From IMG/VR virus record IMGVR_UViG_3300037439_000286: 64,000 nucleotides of DNA; one strand, given 5' to 3'. The position numbers were made by a program, and so were the translations under genes. Each line of letters begins with the position of its first letter. The first letter of the stretch is position 1. Origin of the DNA: an uncultured virus (IMG/VR IMGVR_UViG_3300037439_000286) (Duplodnaviria; Heunggongvirae; Uroviricota; Caudoviricetes). The notes under the pieces are model-generated. The model was given only the letters and a program-made list of their open reading frames with translations. It did no database searches and was not told where the DNA came from. Positions 10,158 through 19,689 of the stretch are shown here, piece after piece.

Positions 10158-10216
10158 TTTGTGTGTTCCTCGGTTTTCTCGGTTGTGAGGTCAGCGGTTA
10201 TGGGCTCTCTACCTGC

Positions 10217-10747
10217 CTACGCATCCCAGTGCAGCAGGCTGGTAAGCGGAAGAGCGCGGACGCGGGCGTCGGTGTCGCCGACCGCGGGCGGCGCGGGCAG
10301 CTTGTTGGGGATGGTCATCTCGGAGTGGATCTCGCAGATCCGCACCATGATCGAGCTGGTGGTGTCGCTGATGTACCAGCCGTCCTTGCCGGTGCCGAGG
10401 AGGTCGGTCCCCTTCGCTAGGTCGAAGGCCGTGCCGAAGTCCGCGGCGGCCAGAACGTTGGCGGCGGCGGCGGAACCGAGGAAGTTGGCTTCGATGCCGA
10501 GTTCCGGGGTCGCGAAGTAGACCATCGCGAAGGCGCCCGAGGCGACGTTCTGGCCATCGCCGGCGGACCAGAAGGCGACGTCGGTGCCGGCCGTCCATTC
10601 GACCGCGAGTCCCGAGACGATCTTCAGCGGCGAGTGCGTCACGAAGGTCTGCGACGCGCCTTCGGGCACGCGCCGCTCGACGAGCGAGATGAAGGAGTTC
10701 GAGAGCGCGAAGAGGCGCAGAGGGCCTCGTGCCCAGGTTTCAGCCAT
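10217..10747 (-). CDS. Minor capsid/head-associated protein
   Basis: Beta-rich 176 aa directly upstream of MCP; RBS GGAG. Confidence 0.6.
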   Translation of the reverse strand: MAETWARGPLRLFALSNSFISLVERRVPEGASQTFVTHSPLKIVSGLAVEWTAGTDVAFWSAGDGQNVASGAFAMVYFATPELGIEANFLGSAAAANVLAAADFGTAFDLAKGTDLLGTGKDGWYISDTTSSIMVRICEIHSEMTIPNKLPAPPAVGDTDARVRALPLTSLLHWDA

Positions 10748-10853
10748 TGTCGAGTCTCCGGTTCATGCGGTTATTCATCGGTCGTGGTCGTGTGTGCGTG
10801 TGTGTGTTCGTGTCGAGCCCATCGAGCCTGCCGATCCTGCCGCCCCTGCCGAC

Positions 10854-11468
10854 TCACCAGGCCGAGCGGCTGCCTGGCTCGACACGCCGGACGTGAGTAC
10901 GCCCGCCTCGCAGCTCGGGGATCTTACGCAGCTCCTCGTTCATCGCCTCCATGCTCTGCTCCTCGGTGCCGCGCTCGGTTCGTACCCAGCGCTCGATGCC
11001 GTCACGAAGCTGCTCGGCCCGCGCCTCGAACGGCTGGGCGAAGAGGATCGCGTCGCCCTTCCAGGCGTACCCGTCCCGGAGCACGAACCCGTGCCGGCGG
11101 AGAAGGCGCGTGAAGTCCTCGCGCCGGTCCGAATCGATGTCCTCGATCATGACCGGGAAGCGAGAACGCAGAGAGAGCTGCTGGATCGACTGTGAGAGAC
11201 CCGAGGCGAGCGTCACCTGGTGGCCGCGGGTCGAGTAGTAGTCCTTGACGTCGTCCGGGATGAAGGTGTAGTCGGGCGGCGCCTGCCGGTCGGTGACGGA
11301 GATGAAGCGGTCGCCCGCGTCGTCGGTCAGCGGTTGCGGAGGTGCGGGCGGCGGGGCCGGCGACACCGGCGACACCGGCTCGCCTACCGTCTCCCGGTAC
11401 ATCGAGTCGGCGGCGGCGGACATCTCGTCGGCCGAGGTGGGCACTCCCAGATCGGGTCTGCGGCGCAT
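10854..11468 (-). CDS. Head-morphogenesis region protein
   Basis: Between scaffold and capsid genes; GDAILFAQP...RAEQ pattern. Confidence 0.6.
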   Translation of the reverse strand: MRRRPDLGVPTSADEMSAAADSMYRETVGEPVSPVSPAPPPAPPQPLTDDAGDRFISVTDRQAPPDYTFIPDDVKDYYSTRGHQVTLASGLSQSIQQLSLRSRFPVMIEDIDSDRREDFTRLLRRHGFVLRDGYAWKGDAILFAQPFEARAEQLRDGIERWVRTERGTEEQSMEAMNEELRKIPELRGGRTHVRRVEPGSRSAW

Positions 11469-11472
11469 CTAC

Positions 11473-12384
11473 CTATCTCCTTCCCTGCGCCGCGCGGCGC
11501 TCGTTGTGTCGTGCGACGTCGTCGGGCGTGATCGAGATCCCGAAGGCCGCCTCGATCTTGCGCATCTTCTCGGACTTCTGGAGCGCGGGAGTGCGGGTCG
11601 TAGGCGCCGGACGCCGATCGCCGGCACCGAGAGACGGTGCGCGCGGCGAGGAGGGCGTCGAGCCCTGGCCCCGGGCGTCGCGCTCCATCAGGACCGCATA
11701 GGCCACGGCTCGCGGGTCCATCCGCATGTTGTGATAGCGCTGCCAGTCGCCGCCGGACGCCGTGTTGATGTGCCGGTCCGCCTGGTCGACCAGCGCGTCG
11801 AAGTCGGCGGCCGAGATGCCGTACTGCGCGGCGGCGAGCGAGCGGGCCTCGACCCGGGAAGCGACCGACTGGCGTTCGATCATCGGGCCGAGCATGGCGG
11901 CGACCTGCTGGGACGCGGCCAACTGCGGCTGAACCGTGCCCATGACGTAGCGGACCGTCGCCTCGTTGTTGGCCCGGATGTACTGGTCCAGCAGCTCAGG
12001 GTCCGCGACCAACTGCTCCCGCTGCTCAGGCGACAGATGAGGGAAGGCAACCTGCTGGGCTGCCGCCTCGGCCTGGCGCCGCTCGTTCTCGTCGGTCCGC
12101 TTGGCCTGCAGCAGTCCTTCCGCCAGGATGCGCGCCTGGTTCTGGTTGTTGGCCCAGGACTGAGTGTCGCGCAGGCGCTGTTCGAGAGTCTGGTTGCGCT
12201 CGTCGGCCTGGTCGAGCCGCTTGCGGATTTCCGCAACATCGGCCGCGGTCAGAGCCGGCTGGGAAGGCGGAGCAGTGCCGTCGCCGCCTGCCGGTTCATC
12301 GGGCGAGCCGGTGTCGAGATCGGGGTCGGCCGGCGTCGGGTCGGCGGATTCGGCCAGCGCCTGGAGAGTGTTGAGGTCGTCCAT
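11473..12384 (-). CDS. Capsid scaffolding protein
   Basis: Acidic N-terminus, long helical coiled coil, C-terminal EKMRKIEAAFGIS coat-binding-like end. Confidence 0.7.
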   Translation of the reverse strand: MDDLNTLQALAESADPTPADPDLDTGSPDEPAGGDGTAPPSQPALTAADVAEIRKRLDQADERNQTLEQRLRDTQSWANNQNQARILAEGLLQAKRTDENERRQAEAAAQQVAFPHLSPEQREQLVADPELLDQYIRANNEATVRYVMGTVQPQLAASQQVAAMLGPMIERQSVASRVEARSLAAAQYGISAADFDALVDQADRHINTASGGDWQRYHNMRMDPRAVAYAVLMERDARGQGSTPSSPRAPSLGAGDRRPAPTTRTPALQKSEKMRKIEAAFGISITPDDVARHNERRAAQGRR

Positions 12385-12464
12385 GGTCGTGTACTTGTGC
12401 CCGCGGCTCGGTTCAAATGCCGTCTGCTCAATCGCAGGGAAGGCGGGCGCCGCGGGCCTCCCTT

Positions 12465-12803
12465 CTATCCTGCCAGCCCCCGGGGAAGAGCGTACTTGCC
12501 CGTCCGGGGACGGAAGAATTCAGTTGTGCGGAACCGGCGAGGGCCGGGGCCGGCAGTTGCGCCGTCGGCGGCCGGGTCTGCTTCCTCGGTGGCCGCGGCC
12601 TGCCGCACGAGCCGCTCCACCAGCCGCATGCCTTCGAGCTTCCAGGCGGCGGCCCGCCGCTCCTCGTCCGAGGTCCGCGGTTTCTGGCACACTCCAGCCA
12701 GGCGGTCCATTTCCGTGCGGACCGGGCTCTCGGGCGCGGCGAAGAGGTTGCGGAAGTCCTCGTTCGAGTCGAGGGCCTGGGCTTCCTTACGAAACCGGGA
12801 CAT
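12465..12803 (-). CDS. Small helical protein between portal and scaffold
   Basis: Start MSRFRKE with RBS AGGAGG inside portal 3' end. Confidence 0.6.
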   Translation of the reverse strand: MSRFRKEAQALDSNEDFRNLFAAPESPVRTEMDRLAGVCQKPRTSDEERRAAAWKLEGMRLVERLVRQAAATEEADPAADGATAGPGPRRFRTTEFFRPRTGKYALPRGLAG

Positions 12804-15162
12804 CGGAACCTCCTGTGTCGCTGCCGTTCGGACCGTAGCTGGCTTGGTCCATCGAGCCCATCGAGCCTGCGGAGCCCGCCGAGCCCGCCGCCCCACCCAT
12901 CATGTCCACGCCCGACTGCGCGAGCTGTGCGAGCTGTTGCTGTGCCATCATCAACTGCTGCTGGAGTTCATTGATCACCTGGTCCTGGGGCGTCGGCGGC
13001 GGGACTTCCGGCACCAGCTCCGGCAGCCGCGGGACCTCGTGAAGCTTGAGCGTCTGGCTCAGGAACTCAGTCAGGAACGCGACGACCTGCATCTTCCAGC
13101 GTGGGAGCGCGGCCGGGTTGTTCTGGCTGAGCAGCTCGGTGACTTGCTGGTCGATGATCATCACGTGCTGCTCGGCCATCGTCCAGATGAGCATGAGCGC
13201 CTGCTTGCGGGCCTCGTCCGAGCTGCCGGCCGACGGCGCTTGGGCGCGCAGCCGGAACCGCCGCCCGATCTCACCGCCCCGCGGTGGGATGAACTTGATC
13301 TCGCGCAGCCGGTCGGCGTCCTCGCGATCCGCGTAGTGGTAGTAGAGGCCGTCCGGGGCGTACTGGGCCACGACCTCTAGATCAAACATCCAGAGGTCCG
13401 AGAGATCGGCTCGCAGGTTCGAGTCGATCATGCGGAGCTTCTTATCCCCCTGCTCGATGAGCGCGAGAACCGACCCTGTGGATGCGCCCGACTTCATCAC
13501 GGGATCGGCCTGGCCCGAGGTCGCGGACGAGAGACCGGTCGCGGTGCGCGCCCGCGTGTAGTTGTTCATGCGCGAGGTCTGCAGCTCTGGAGCTTCCCCG
13601 CCGAGCTTGACCGACTTGAAATCGGCATTCACATCGTCGACTGGGATCTGCATGCCGGGCCGGATCTCGTCGGTCTGGAGGCCCAGGTACATCGAGCCGG
13701 CGGCGCGCAGCACCACCCAGTAAGCGCCGGCCATCAGATTGTCCAACTCCAAATTCCACATCGAGGTGTCGGCGACCTGGGCCATCAGGCATTCGTGCCC
13801 CACTCCATCGCCCCAGGACGAGTTGTCCGTCCACTTGTAGCGCAGCGGGAAGTACGGTTTCTTCTCCGTGAAGTACGGGTTGAAGCCGATGTAGACGATG
13901 CGGCGGGTCGGCCGATGCAGGATGACCTGGAAGGACACCTCCTCGGCGTTTCGCAGGAGAGCCGCGAGTCCAGAGGAGAGCGGGGAGCCTGCCGCTTCCT
14001 GCTCCTCGGGATGGAGGCCGGCGAGCGACATCCGGCACCACAGCTCGGTCAGGGCGACCGGGCGCAGCCGATCGTTGTCATAGAGCTGCCCGGCCTCGAT
14101 GCCGGCGGTCTTCAGGCGCTCGCGCTCGGGAGTGGTGGCCGCGTCGTCCGGGTTGGCCTCGATCGCGGATTGCAGGTCCTCGGGCAGGTCGAAGCGGCGG
14201 GCCAGCCGCCTCCAGGACTCCGGGGTGTGCCGCGCGGTGTGCCCGACGAACGTCGCCTTCTGCCAGTTGATCTCGGTCGGTGGCCAGATCACCACGTCGC
14301 GGTTGTCGATCAGGTGATGGAGGAGCCGGCCCTCCGACACGACCTCCTCGACCGGGTCGATCCGGCCGGCATCGAAGTACCTCTGGATGCGCGTCGTGTC
14401 GGCCCACTCGACGTAGACGACCGCGGTCCCGACCTTCGCGAGCCGGTTGATCGCGGTCGGCAGGAAGTGGGTGCCGTCGGGCGGCCCGTTCATGATGTAG
14501 GACTGGAGGAACTGTTCGGCGGACGAGGCGAACGAGAACGCCTCCTCGCCCTCGAACCCGAGCTGCTGGACCGCGTCGACCCGCATGAGGGGCTGCACGC
14601 CCATGATCGTGGTGAGCAGGCGTGCGGCGGCCTGGTCCGCCATCGTCATCGTCATCTCGGATGATTGCTGGGCCGGGTCCGGGCCGGTCATGCCGGTCGA
14701 GCGGACATCCGGGATCATCGCGTAGTGCTGGCGGATCTCGTCCTCGCGGTCGTGGCGCGCGCCAGCCGCGGTGTCGTACTCGTCGAGGAGGTCGCAGAAC
14801 TCGGCCGCCAGGCGGTCCTCGGCATCGGTCGAGAGGTAAATGCGCAGGGAGGGAGTGCGGCCCGGGAGAGCGGCGTCGGCGCGGGTCGATTCGTCGGAGA
14901 GGGAATCGGCCTCGATGAGCGGCGAGATCAGGTCGGCCAGGTCGGCGACGGTTGGTGGGGCGTTCGGATCGGTCGGGCCGGTCGGCATCCCGACGCCCCC
15001 CATGTCGGCAGCACCAGGATCGGCGGACAGCGGAGAACCGGAACCAGGTCCGGCGGCCGGCGGGAACTGCGGAGAGGAGGACACAGCCCCGCCGGCCGCC
15101 CCGGAACCTGCGGGCGACATCGAAGGATCAGGATAGAGAGTCGCTGGATCGAATGGCTCCAC
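12787..15162 (-). CDS. Portal protein (P22-like size)
   Basis: 791 aa; KVGTAVVYVEW, NPYF...PYFPLRY...SWGDGVG, IRPGMQIPV, TATGLSSATSG; C-terminal Q-rich helix. Confidence 0.85.
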   Translation of the reverse strand: MEPFDPATLYPDPSMSPAGSGAAGGAVSSSPQFPPAAGPGSGSPLSADPGAADMGGVGMPTGPTDPNAPPTVADLADLISPLIEADSLSDESTRADAALPGRTPSLRIYLSTDAEDRLAAEFCDLLDEYDTAAGARHDREDEIRQHYAMIPDVRSTGMTGPDPAQQSSEMTMTMADQAAARLLTTIMGVQPLMRVDAVQQLGFEGEEAFSFASSAEQFLQSYIMNGPPDGTHFLPTAINRLAKVGTAVVYVEWADTTRIQRYFDAGRIDPVEEVVSEGRLLHHLIDNRDVVIWPPTEINWQKATFVGHTARHTPESWRRLARRFDLPEDLQSAIEANPDDAATTPERERLKTAGIEAGQLYDNDRLRPVALTELWCRMSLAGLHPEEQEAAGSPLSSGLAALLRNAEEVSFQVILHRPTRRIVYIGFNPYFTEKKPYFPLRYKWTDNSSWGDGVGHECLMAQVADTSMWNLELDNLMAGAYWVVLRAAGSMYLGLQTDEIRPGMQIPVDDVNADFKSVKLGGEAPELQTSRMNNYTRARTATGLSSATSGQADPVMKSGASTGSVLALIEQGDKKLRMIDSNLRADLSDLWMFDLEVVAQYAPDGLYYHYADREDADRLREIKFIPPRGGEIGRRFRLRAQAPSAGSSDEARKQALMLIWTMAEQHVMIIDQQVTELLSQNNPAALPRWKMQVVAFLTEFLSQTLKLHEVPRLPELVPEVPPPTPQDQVINELQQQLMMAQQQLAQLAQSGVDMMGGAAGSAGSAGSMGSMDQASYGPNGSDTGGSDVPVS

Positions 15163-15333
15163 GGGCGGGAGTATGAGGCTCCGGCGGAGGAATGTAAGCG
15201 GATACTGCGGTCGAGGGCGTATGAAGAGAGCGGAATCGGGATGAATCTTTCGGGGGTTTGGGGAGAATCAGGACGGCAGGACAGCAGATATGATGTAGTG
15301 AGTCGTGGTAGAATCAAGAAGAAAGGGGATCTG

Positions 15334-15645
15334 ATGACAGACCAAAGCTACCCTCTGTCCGTCGGGGAGTGCGCGACGTGGATCGAAACCGCGGCGCGCC
15401 AAGCCGTTCTGCTGGAGCAGCAGGCGAAGAAGATCAGCGCCCTTGAGTTGGAGCGCGCCCGCCTCCGGGAGAAGGTGGAGGCGATGCTACCCGCGAAACT
15501 CAAGATGGTTCGCTCGCGAGTCGGCGCCATCTTCGACGACAGGCCAAGCGTTCGTTTCCAAGCCGCGGAGGAAGGCTTCGAGCACGCGATCACCCAGGTT
15601 CTCGCCCTTCTCGATAAATCCGCGGAGAAGGAGGCACGGGCATGA
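15334..15645 (+). CDS. Hypothetical coiled-coil protein, partner of Thg1-like gene
   Basis: Start MTDQSY with RBS AAGGGG; ATGA overlap with next gene; TGnTAGAAT at 15306-15314. Confidence 0.65.
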   Translation: MTDQSYPLSVGECATWIETAARQAVLLEQQAKKISALELERARLREKVEAMLPAKLKMVRSRVGAIFDDRPSVRFQAAEEGFEHAITQVLALLDKSAEKEARA

Positions 15646-16379
15646 GCGTGGATTCACTCGGCGACCGGATGAAGACCTACGAGGCCGTTTCGCGCGGCTC
15701 CCTCACCCGCCGCTCTCCGGTCATCGTCCGCGTCGACGGCAAGGCGTTCCACACCTGGACCCGCGGTCTGGAGAAACCATTCGACGCGCGGCTCGTGAGC
15801 TGGATGCGCGAGGCGACCGAGGCGACGGCTCTCGCGATGCAGGGATGCGCGCTGTCCTACACGCAGTCCGACGAGGCGAGCTTTCTGCTCACCGACTGGT
15901 CGCGGGAGGAGACGCAGCCCTGGCTCGGGTACGTGACGGCGAAGGTCGTGAGCCTGGCCGCGGCAATGTTCTCCGTCTACTTCAATAGGGCAGTCGGCTT
16001 GCCGAGTCACAGGCCCAACAACCCGGCGATCTTCGATGCCCGCGCCTTCAACGTCCCCGAGCCCGATGTCGCGAACTACGTCCTGTGGCGAGCCAAGGAC
16101 GCACGGCGCAACTCGATCCAGGGGCTCGGGCAGGCGCACTTCTCGCCGAAACAGCTTCACGAGAAATCGCTCGACGATATCCTGGCGATGCTCACGTACA
16201 AGGATGTAATCTGGAACTGGCTCGCCCCCGAGCTACGACACGGGTCGTTCTTCCTGCCGGCCGTCGGCGAGTGGGTGTCGGAGGTCGAGCCGCGGTATGA
16301 GGACGTCGCGGCTCTGGTCGTGAGGGCGATCGACGCGGAAACCGCCGTCCACGGGCCTGGGGTTGCCGGCCCTCCCTAA
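15642..16379 (+). CDS. thg1: tRNA(His) guanylyltransferase Thg1-like protein (3'-5' nucleotidyltransferase)
   Basis: LGDRMKTYE, RVDGKAFH, YTQSDE, FDAR, WRAKDARRNS motifs. Confidence 0.92.
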   Translation: MSVDSLGDRMKTYEAVSRGSLTRRSPVIVRVDGKAFHTWTRGLEKPFDARLVSWMREATEATALAMQGCALSYTQSDEASFLLTDWSREETQPWLGYVTAKVVSLAAAMFSVYFNRAVGLPSHRPNNPAIFDARAFNVPEPDVANYVLWRAKDARRNSIQGLGQAHFSPKQLHEKSLDDILAMLTYKDVIWNWLAPELRHGSFFLPAVGEWVSEVEPRYEDVAALVVRAIDAETAVHGPGVAGPP

Positions 16380-18178
16380 CCTCCCCATCTCCGCTTGACT
16401 GACTTCGCACCAGCCGCTACCCGCTCGACCGGATCTACGAACGCGTCGACGAACCCGCGCCGCGCCTTCGCCATGAACTCCCGGGCCGACAGGTCGTCCG
16501 ACGGCCCGCTCCACACGGCCGGCCCCTGCGCCAGGCAGTCCACCAGATCCACCTCGCAGTCCTCGTTCATCGCGTTGTCGAGCTGGTGGACGACCACCGA
16601 CTGCTCGGCCGAGTCCAGGATGTGGAGGGCGCCGAAGTTGACCCAGGCCGACAGGACTTCCCGGAACAGGAACTCCTTCGATTGGTTGGTCTTGGGGATG
16701 ATTTTGCCGGTTTTCTTGTCGCGCACCGCCGATTCCTCCAGGACAGTAGACATGCGGGGCAGTGAATGGCTCGTGCCGGTCAGATACGGGGACGACTTGG
16801 GCCGAGCCCAGGCCGGGTTGCTCCGTTCATGATTGACGACAATCGACTTGAGCCAGAGCTGCGCGCCGACTGATTCATACGTCACGCGGTACGGGGCGTA
16901 CTGGCAGTAGAGTTGGAACAGTTTGGACGCCTGCTCGTTGATCTCCAGCCGGTCCGAGGTCCAGATCTGGAGGACGAAGACGTGCCGGTCCTTCCCGACT
17001 CCGCAGACGACGATCGCCGCTTTGGCCGGCCGCTGGTCCGACTGCGCCGTCCGCCGCATTTCATCCGACTTGTGGAGAGGGTCGAAGTGAATGAAGAAGC
17101 GCAAGTTGCGCAGATTGACGACCGCTTCCGTGGGCTTGGGGAGGACGTACCCATCCTCGGTTAGTTTGTCTGGATCGAAGGTGTAGGCGGGATAGACGAG
17201 GAGGGAGCGGCGAGGCGCGTCGGCGTATCGGTAGAAGGACTCGCGCACGCGGCCGATGTCGAAGAGCGAGCCGCCCGACGCCTCTTCAAGTAGTAAATAC
17301 TGTTGGCGCGCGACCGGCTGCTTGAGCAATTCCTCCACATACCAGAGCGGGAAGCGGTCGGGCCAGTAAGGTTGGCCCGCGCCGTCCAGAATCGGCCGCC
17401 AGAAGAACTTGATCCTGGAGCGGGCATTGTCCTGCTCGGACTTCCAGTTCTCCTGTTTGCGTAAACGCCAGACGAGCGGGCGCCGGCCGTGCGGGGTGGC
17501 AACGATGAGGATCTGAGAGTAGGTGGGCTCGGTCAGCAGGGGGATGGCATTCTGATACGCCCGAAATGACTCCTCGTTGGCCGCGAGACCTTTCTCGGCG
17601 TCTGCACCTTCTGGGTCGTCCAGCACAACCAGGTCGACGTGCGCGCCTTCTCTTTTAGATTCCAGGCCCCAGTAGGACAAGAAAGGAATCGAAGGGTCGT
17701 CCGACAGCAACTTGATGTGCTGCTTGTTCCAACCCTCAAAGCCGGCCGGAATCCGGCACCATGGAGACGACGGGTCCATGTATAGCCACTGCAGGTAATC
17801 TGCCCGTCGAGAGCTGATGAATAGATCGAGAGCTGGTGCGAAATGATTGACATATGCGTTGTCCGAGCTGTTCTCGATAATCTTGCATTTAAAGCCTTTA
17901 GAATATAAGCCTCGCCACCAGGGGTACTCGATCGTCGTGATCGTTGACTTTCCTGCTCCTCGCCAGCAGCACACGCAGGCCGTGTGCCATGGATGGTGAG
18001 GAGGCCGGCCTTCGAGGAACGCGCACAGGTCCAGGTGGAAGTCCGCGATCTGCGACTTCTTGGTGCGAGCCGACAGCGCCGTGAAGCCAAGGATCGAGTA
18101 GCCAAAGTAGAACAGACTCCGGCGCCCGCGTTCCAGCTCTTGCTCGCGGAACGAGTTCGTGTAGGTGGGGATCAGCAC
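16376..18178 (-). CDS. terL: Terminase large subunit
   Basis: Walker A RGAGKS, Walker B LVVLDD, coupling ATP, YWPDRF, nuclease FIHFDP and DLVD. Confidence 0.88.
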   Translation of the reverse strand: MLIPTYTNSFREQELERGRRSLFYFGYSILGFTALSARTKKSQIADFHLDLCAFLEGRPPHHPWHTACVCCWRGAGKSTITTIEYPWWRGLYSKGFKCKIIENSSDNAYVNHFAPALDLFISSRRADYLQWLYMDPSSPWCRIPAGFEGWNKQHIKLLSDDPSIPFLSYWGLESKREGAHVDLVVLDDPEGADAEKGLAANEESFRAYQNAIPLLTEPTYSQILIVATPHGRRPLVWRLRKQENWKSEQDNARSRIKFFWRPILDGAGQPYWPDRFPLWYVEELLKQPVARQQYLLLEEASGGSLFDIGRVRESFYRYADAPRRSLLVYPAYTFDPDKLTEDGYVLPKPTEAVVNLRNLRFFIHFDPLHKSDEMRRTAQSDQRPAKAAIVVCGVGKDRHVFVLQIWTSDRLEINEQASKLFQLYCQYAPYRVTYESVGAQLWLKSIVVNHERSNPAWARPKSSPYLTGTSHSLPRMSTVLEESAVRDKKTGKIIPKTNQSKEFLFREVLSAWVNFGALHILDSAEQSVVVHQLDNAMNEDCEVDLVDCLAQGPAVWSGPSDDLSAREFMAKARRGFVDAFVDPVERVAAGAKSVKRRWGG

Positions 18179-18187
18179 AGAGGACCG

Positions 18188-18916
18188 CTACTCTGGGTCG
18201 CCGGGATGGATCGGCACATTCAACCGATCAGCCCGAATCTCGATCGCGGGCTCGCCAGGATCGAGCAGGCCAGCCACGGGCGCGTGCGGCAACTGCCTCC
18301 CGGCCATCTCCATCGCGATCCTCATCACCTCCATCATGCCTTCCGGGAAAGACAAGACCCGCTGCTCGGGCTCCCGCACCTTCTTCGAGCTGCGGCGGTC
18401 GGCCAGGGATTCAGCGGCGCGCAGACGCGCGGCTGGTTTGTCGCCGTGGGTCGCGGTATATAAAAGTTCTCGCGCGACGTCCCGTTCCCCGGCTTCCGCC
18501 ATCCCGTCGATCGTGGCGGCGGAGGCGAGCCGCTGGGCCGCGGCCTTCAACCGATCGCACATCGTGGGGTAGTGGGGGTGGGCGCGCAGGTCGGCAACCC
18601 GAGTCGGCAGGAGATCGAGCTTGAGGATGAGCTCGCCGTCAGTCAAGTCCATGAAGGTGTCGAGCAGGGATAGACCGCGCAGCTCCAGGAAGGTGTTGGC
18701 AGCGAGCGGCGGATCAAGAGCCAGGAAGTCGGTGTAGTTGACCCCCGAGGAGATGAGCGTGAGCGTGCGGAGGGTGCCGGTCGGGTCCCGGGCCAGGTCG
18801 CTTACGGGGTCTGAGTCGGACGGGGGGTGGGACGCGGGCGTGCGGACGCCGGGCTTGTTGCGCCGCGGCGGTGCGAGTCCCGCGGTGTCGGCAGATTCCA
18901 GGTCGGGATGTTTCAT
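18188..18916 (-). CDS. Probable terminase small subunit
   Basis: Directly upstream of TerL; HTH-like segment and ARLRAAESLADR helix. Confidence 0.55.
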   Translation of the reverse strand: MKHPDLESADTAGLAPPRRNKPGVRTPASHPPSDSDPVSDLARDPTGTLRTLTLISSGVNYTDFLALDPPLAANTFLELRGLSLLDTFMDLTDGELILKLDLLPTRVADLRAHPHYPTMCDRLKAAAQRLASAATIDGMAEAGERDVARELLYTATHGDKPAARLRAAESLADRRSSKKVREPEQRVLSFPEGMMEVMRIAMEMAGRQLPHAPVAGLLDPGEPAIEIRADRLNVPIHPGDPE

Positions 18917-19689
18917 GCCGATCCCGCCAGGTGATCCATGGAGACTAGCGTGATGGGATCAGGCAGCTCGGCGCGCCCTACCTTCCCATCCTTCACGACC
19001 GCAAAATCCACCGCGGCGAGCGCCCGCCGATGCCGCATCTCGCCCACCACGATTACATGCTGGCCGATAGTGAGAGCCTCGGCACGGCGGGCGAGCGGCC
19101 CCTTGTACACGAGGAACGTGCAGTATTTGGGCTTGCCGCCCGGCACGCGATGGCTCACGGTGAGCCGCACGGCCGCGATCTCGGTCTCGCGCTTGGGTGG
19201 CAGCGATACCACGCCCTCGAAGCGGAAGACGTTGACCGGATTGGCGATGGTGCGCGTGATCGGCTTGTGCATGTCGGCCGGCCAGCGCACGACCTTGACG
19301 AGGAAGCGGCGGCCGTCGCCGAAGAACTTCGACAGGCCGCGCCGGCGGATCGTGCCGTCAGGGTAGCGGGGCAGCTTGCGGGCATGGGCGTATGCACTCG
19401 GCCGATGCCAGGGTTTGAGCCCCTGTTCGCGGAGGTAGGCGTCGAGCGGGCCTTCGACGTCGATGCGTTCGAGCCCGGGTTTGAGGACCAGGTAGGCGAC
19501 GAGACGGCGGGACATGCCGGTGCCGACCGCGGTCACGGCCGCGTCGAGGATGCCGCGGTAGGTGCGGATGGCGGCCTCGATCGGGGCTGGATCGATCTGG
19601 TGGCCGCGGACCCTGAGATGGTGGGGGTCGAGCTGGTGGCGCTTGGGACGTACGCCCCCGGTGCTCCGGCTCTGGTCATCTTCGGGCAC
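18913..19689 (-). CDS. Fusion of AMP-binding enzyme C-terminal subdomain and SSB-like OB fold
   Basis: GTG 19689 with RBS GAGGAGGGAG; VRGHQIDPAPIEAAI...AAV...RLVAYLV...PSAY...LPRYPDG; then NVFRFEG...LVYKGPLARRAEALTIGQHVIVVGEM. Confidence 0.7.
   Translation of the reverse strand: MPEDDQSRSTGGVRPKRHQLDPHHLRVRGHQIDPAPIEAAIRTYRGILDAAVTAVGTGMSRRLVAYLVLKPGLERIDVEGPLDAYLREQGLKPWHRPSAYAHARKLPRYPDGTIRRRGLSKFFGDGRRFLVKVVRWPADMHKPITRTIANPVNVFRFEGVVSLPPKRETEIAAVRLTVSHRVPGGKPKYCTFLVYKGPLARRAEALTIGQHVIVVGEMRHRRALAAVDFAVVKDGKVGRAELPDPITLVSMDHLAGSA

Noticed and set aside
10789..10812. GT/CA dinucleotide tract as a functional element
   Set aside because: Short, imperfect simple repeat; at most an unstructured leader
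12405..12425. tRNA T-loop (GGTTCAAAT)
   Set aside because: No T-stem pairing or cloverleaf
2737..14664. Long plus-strand ORFs (e.g. 2737-4413, 8002-9234, 11293-13380) as overlapping genes
   Set aside because: Antisense shadows of GC-rich structural genes; R/G/A-biased with no motifs or RBS
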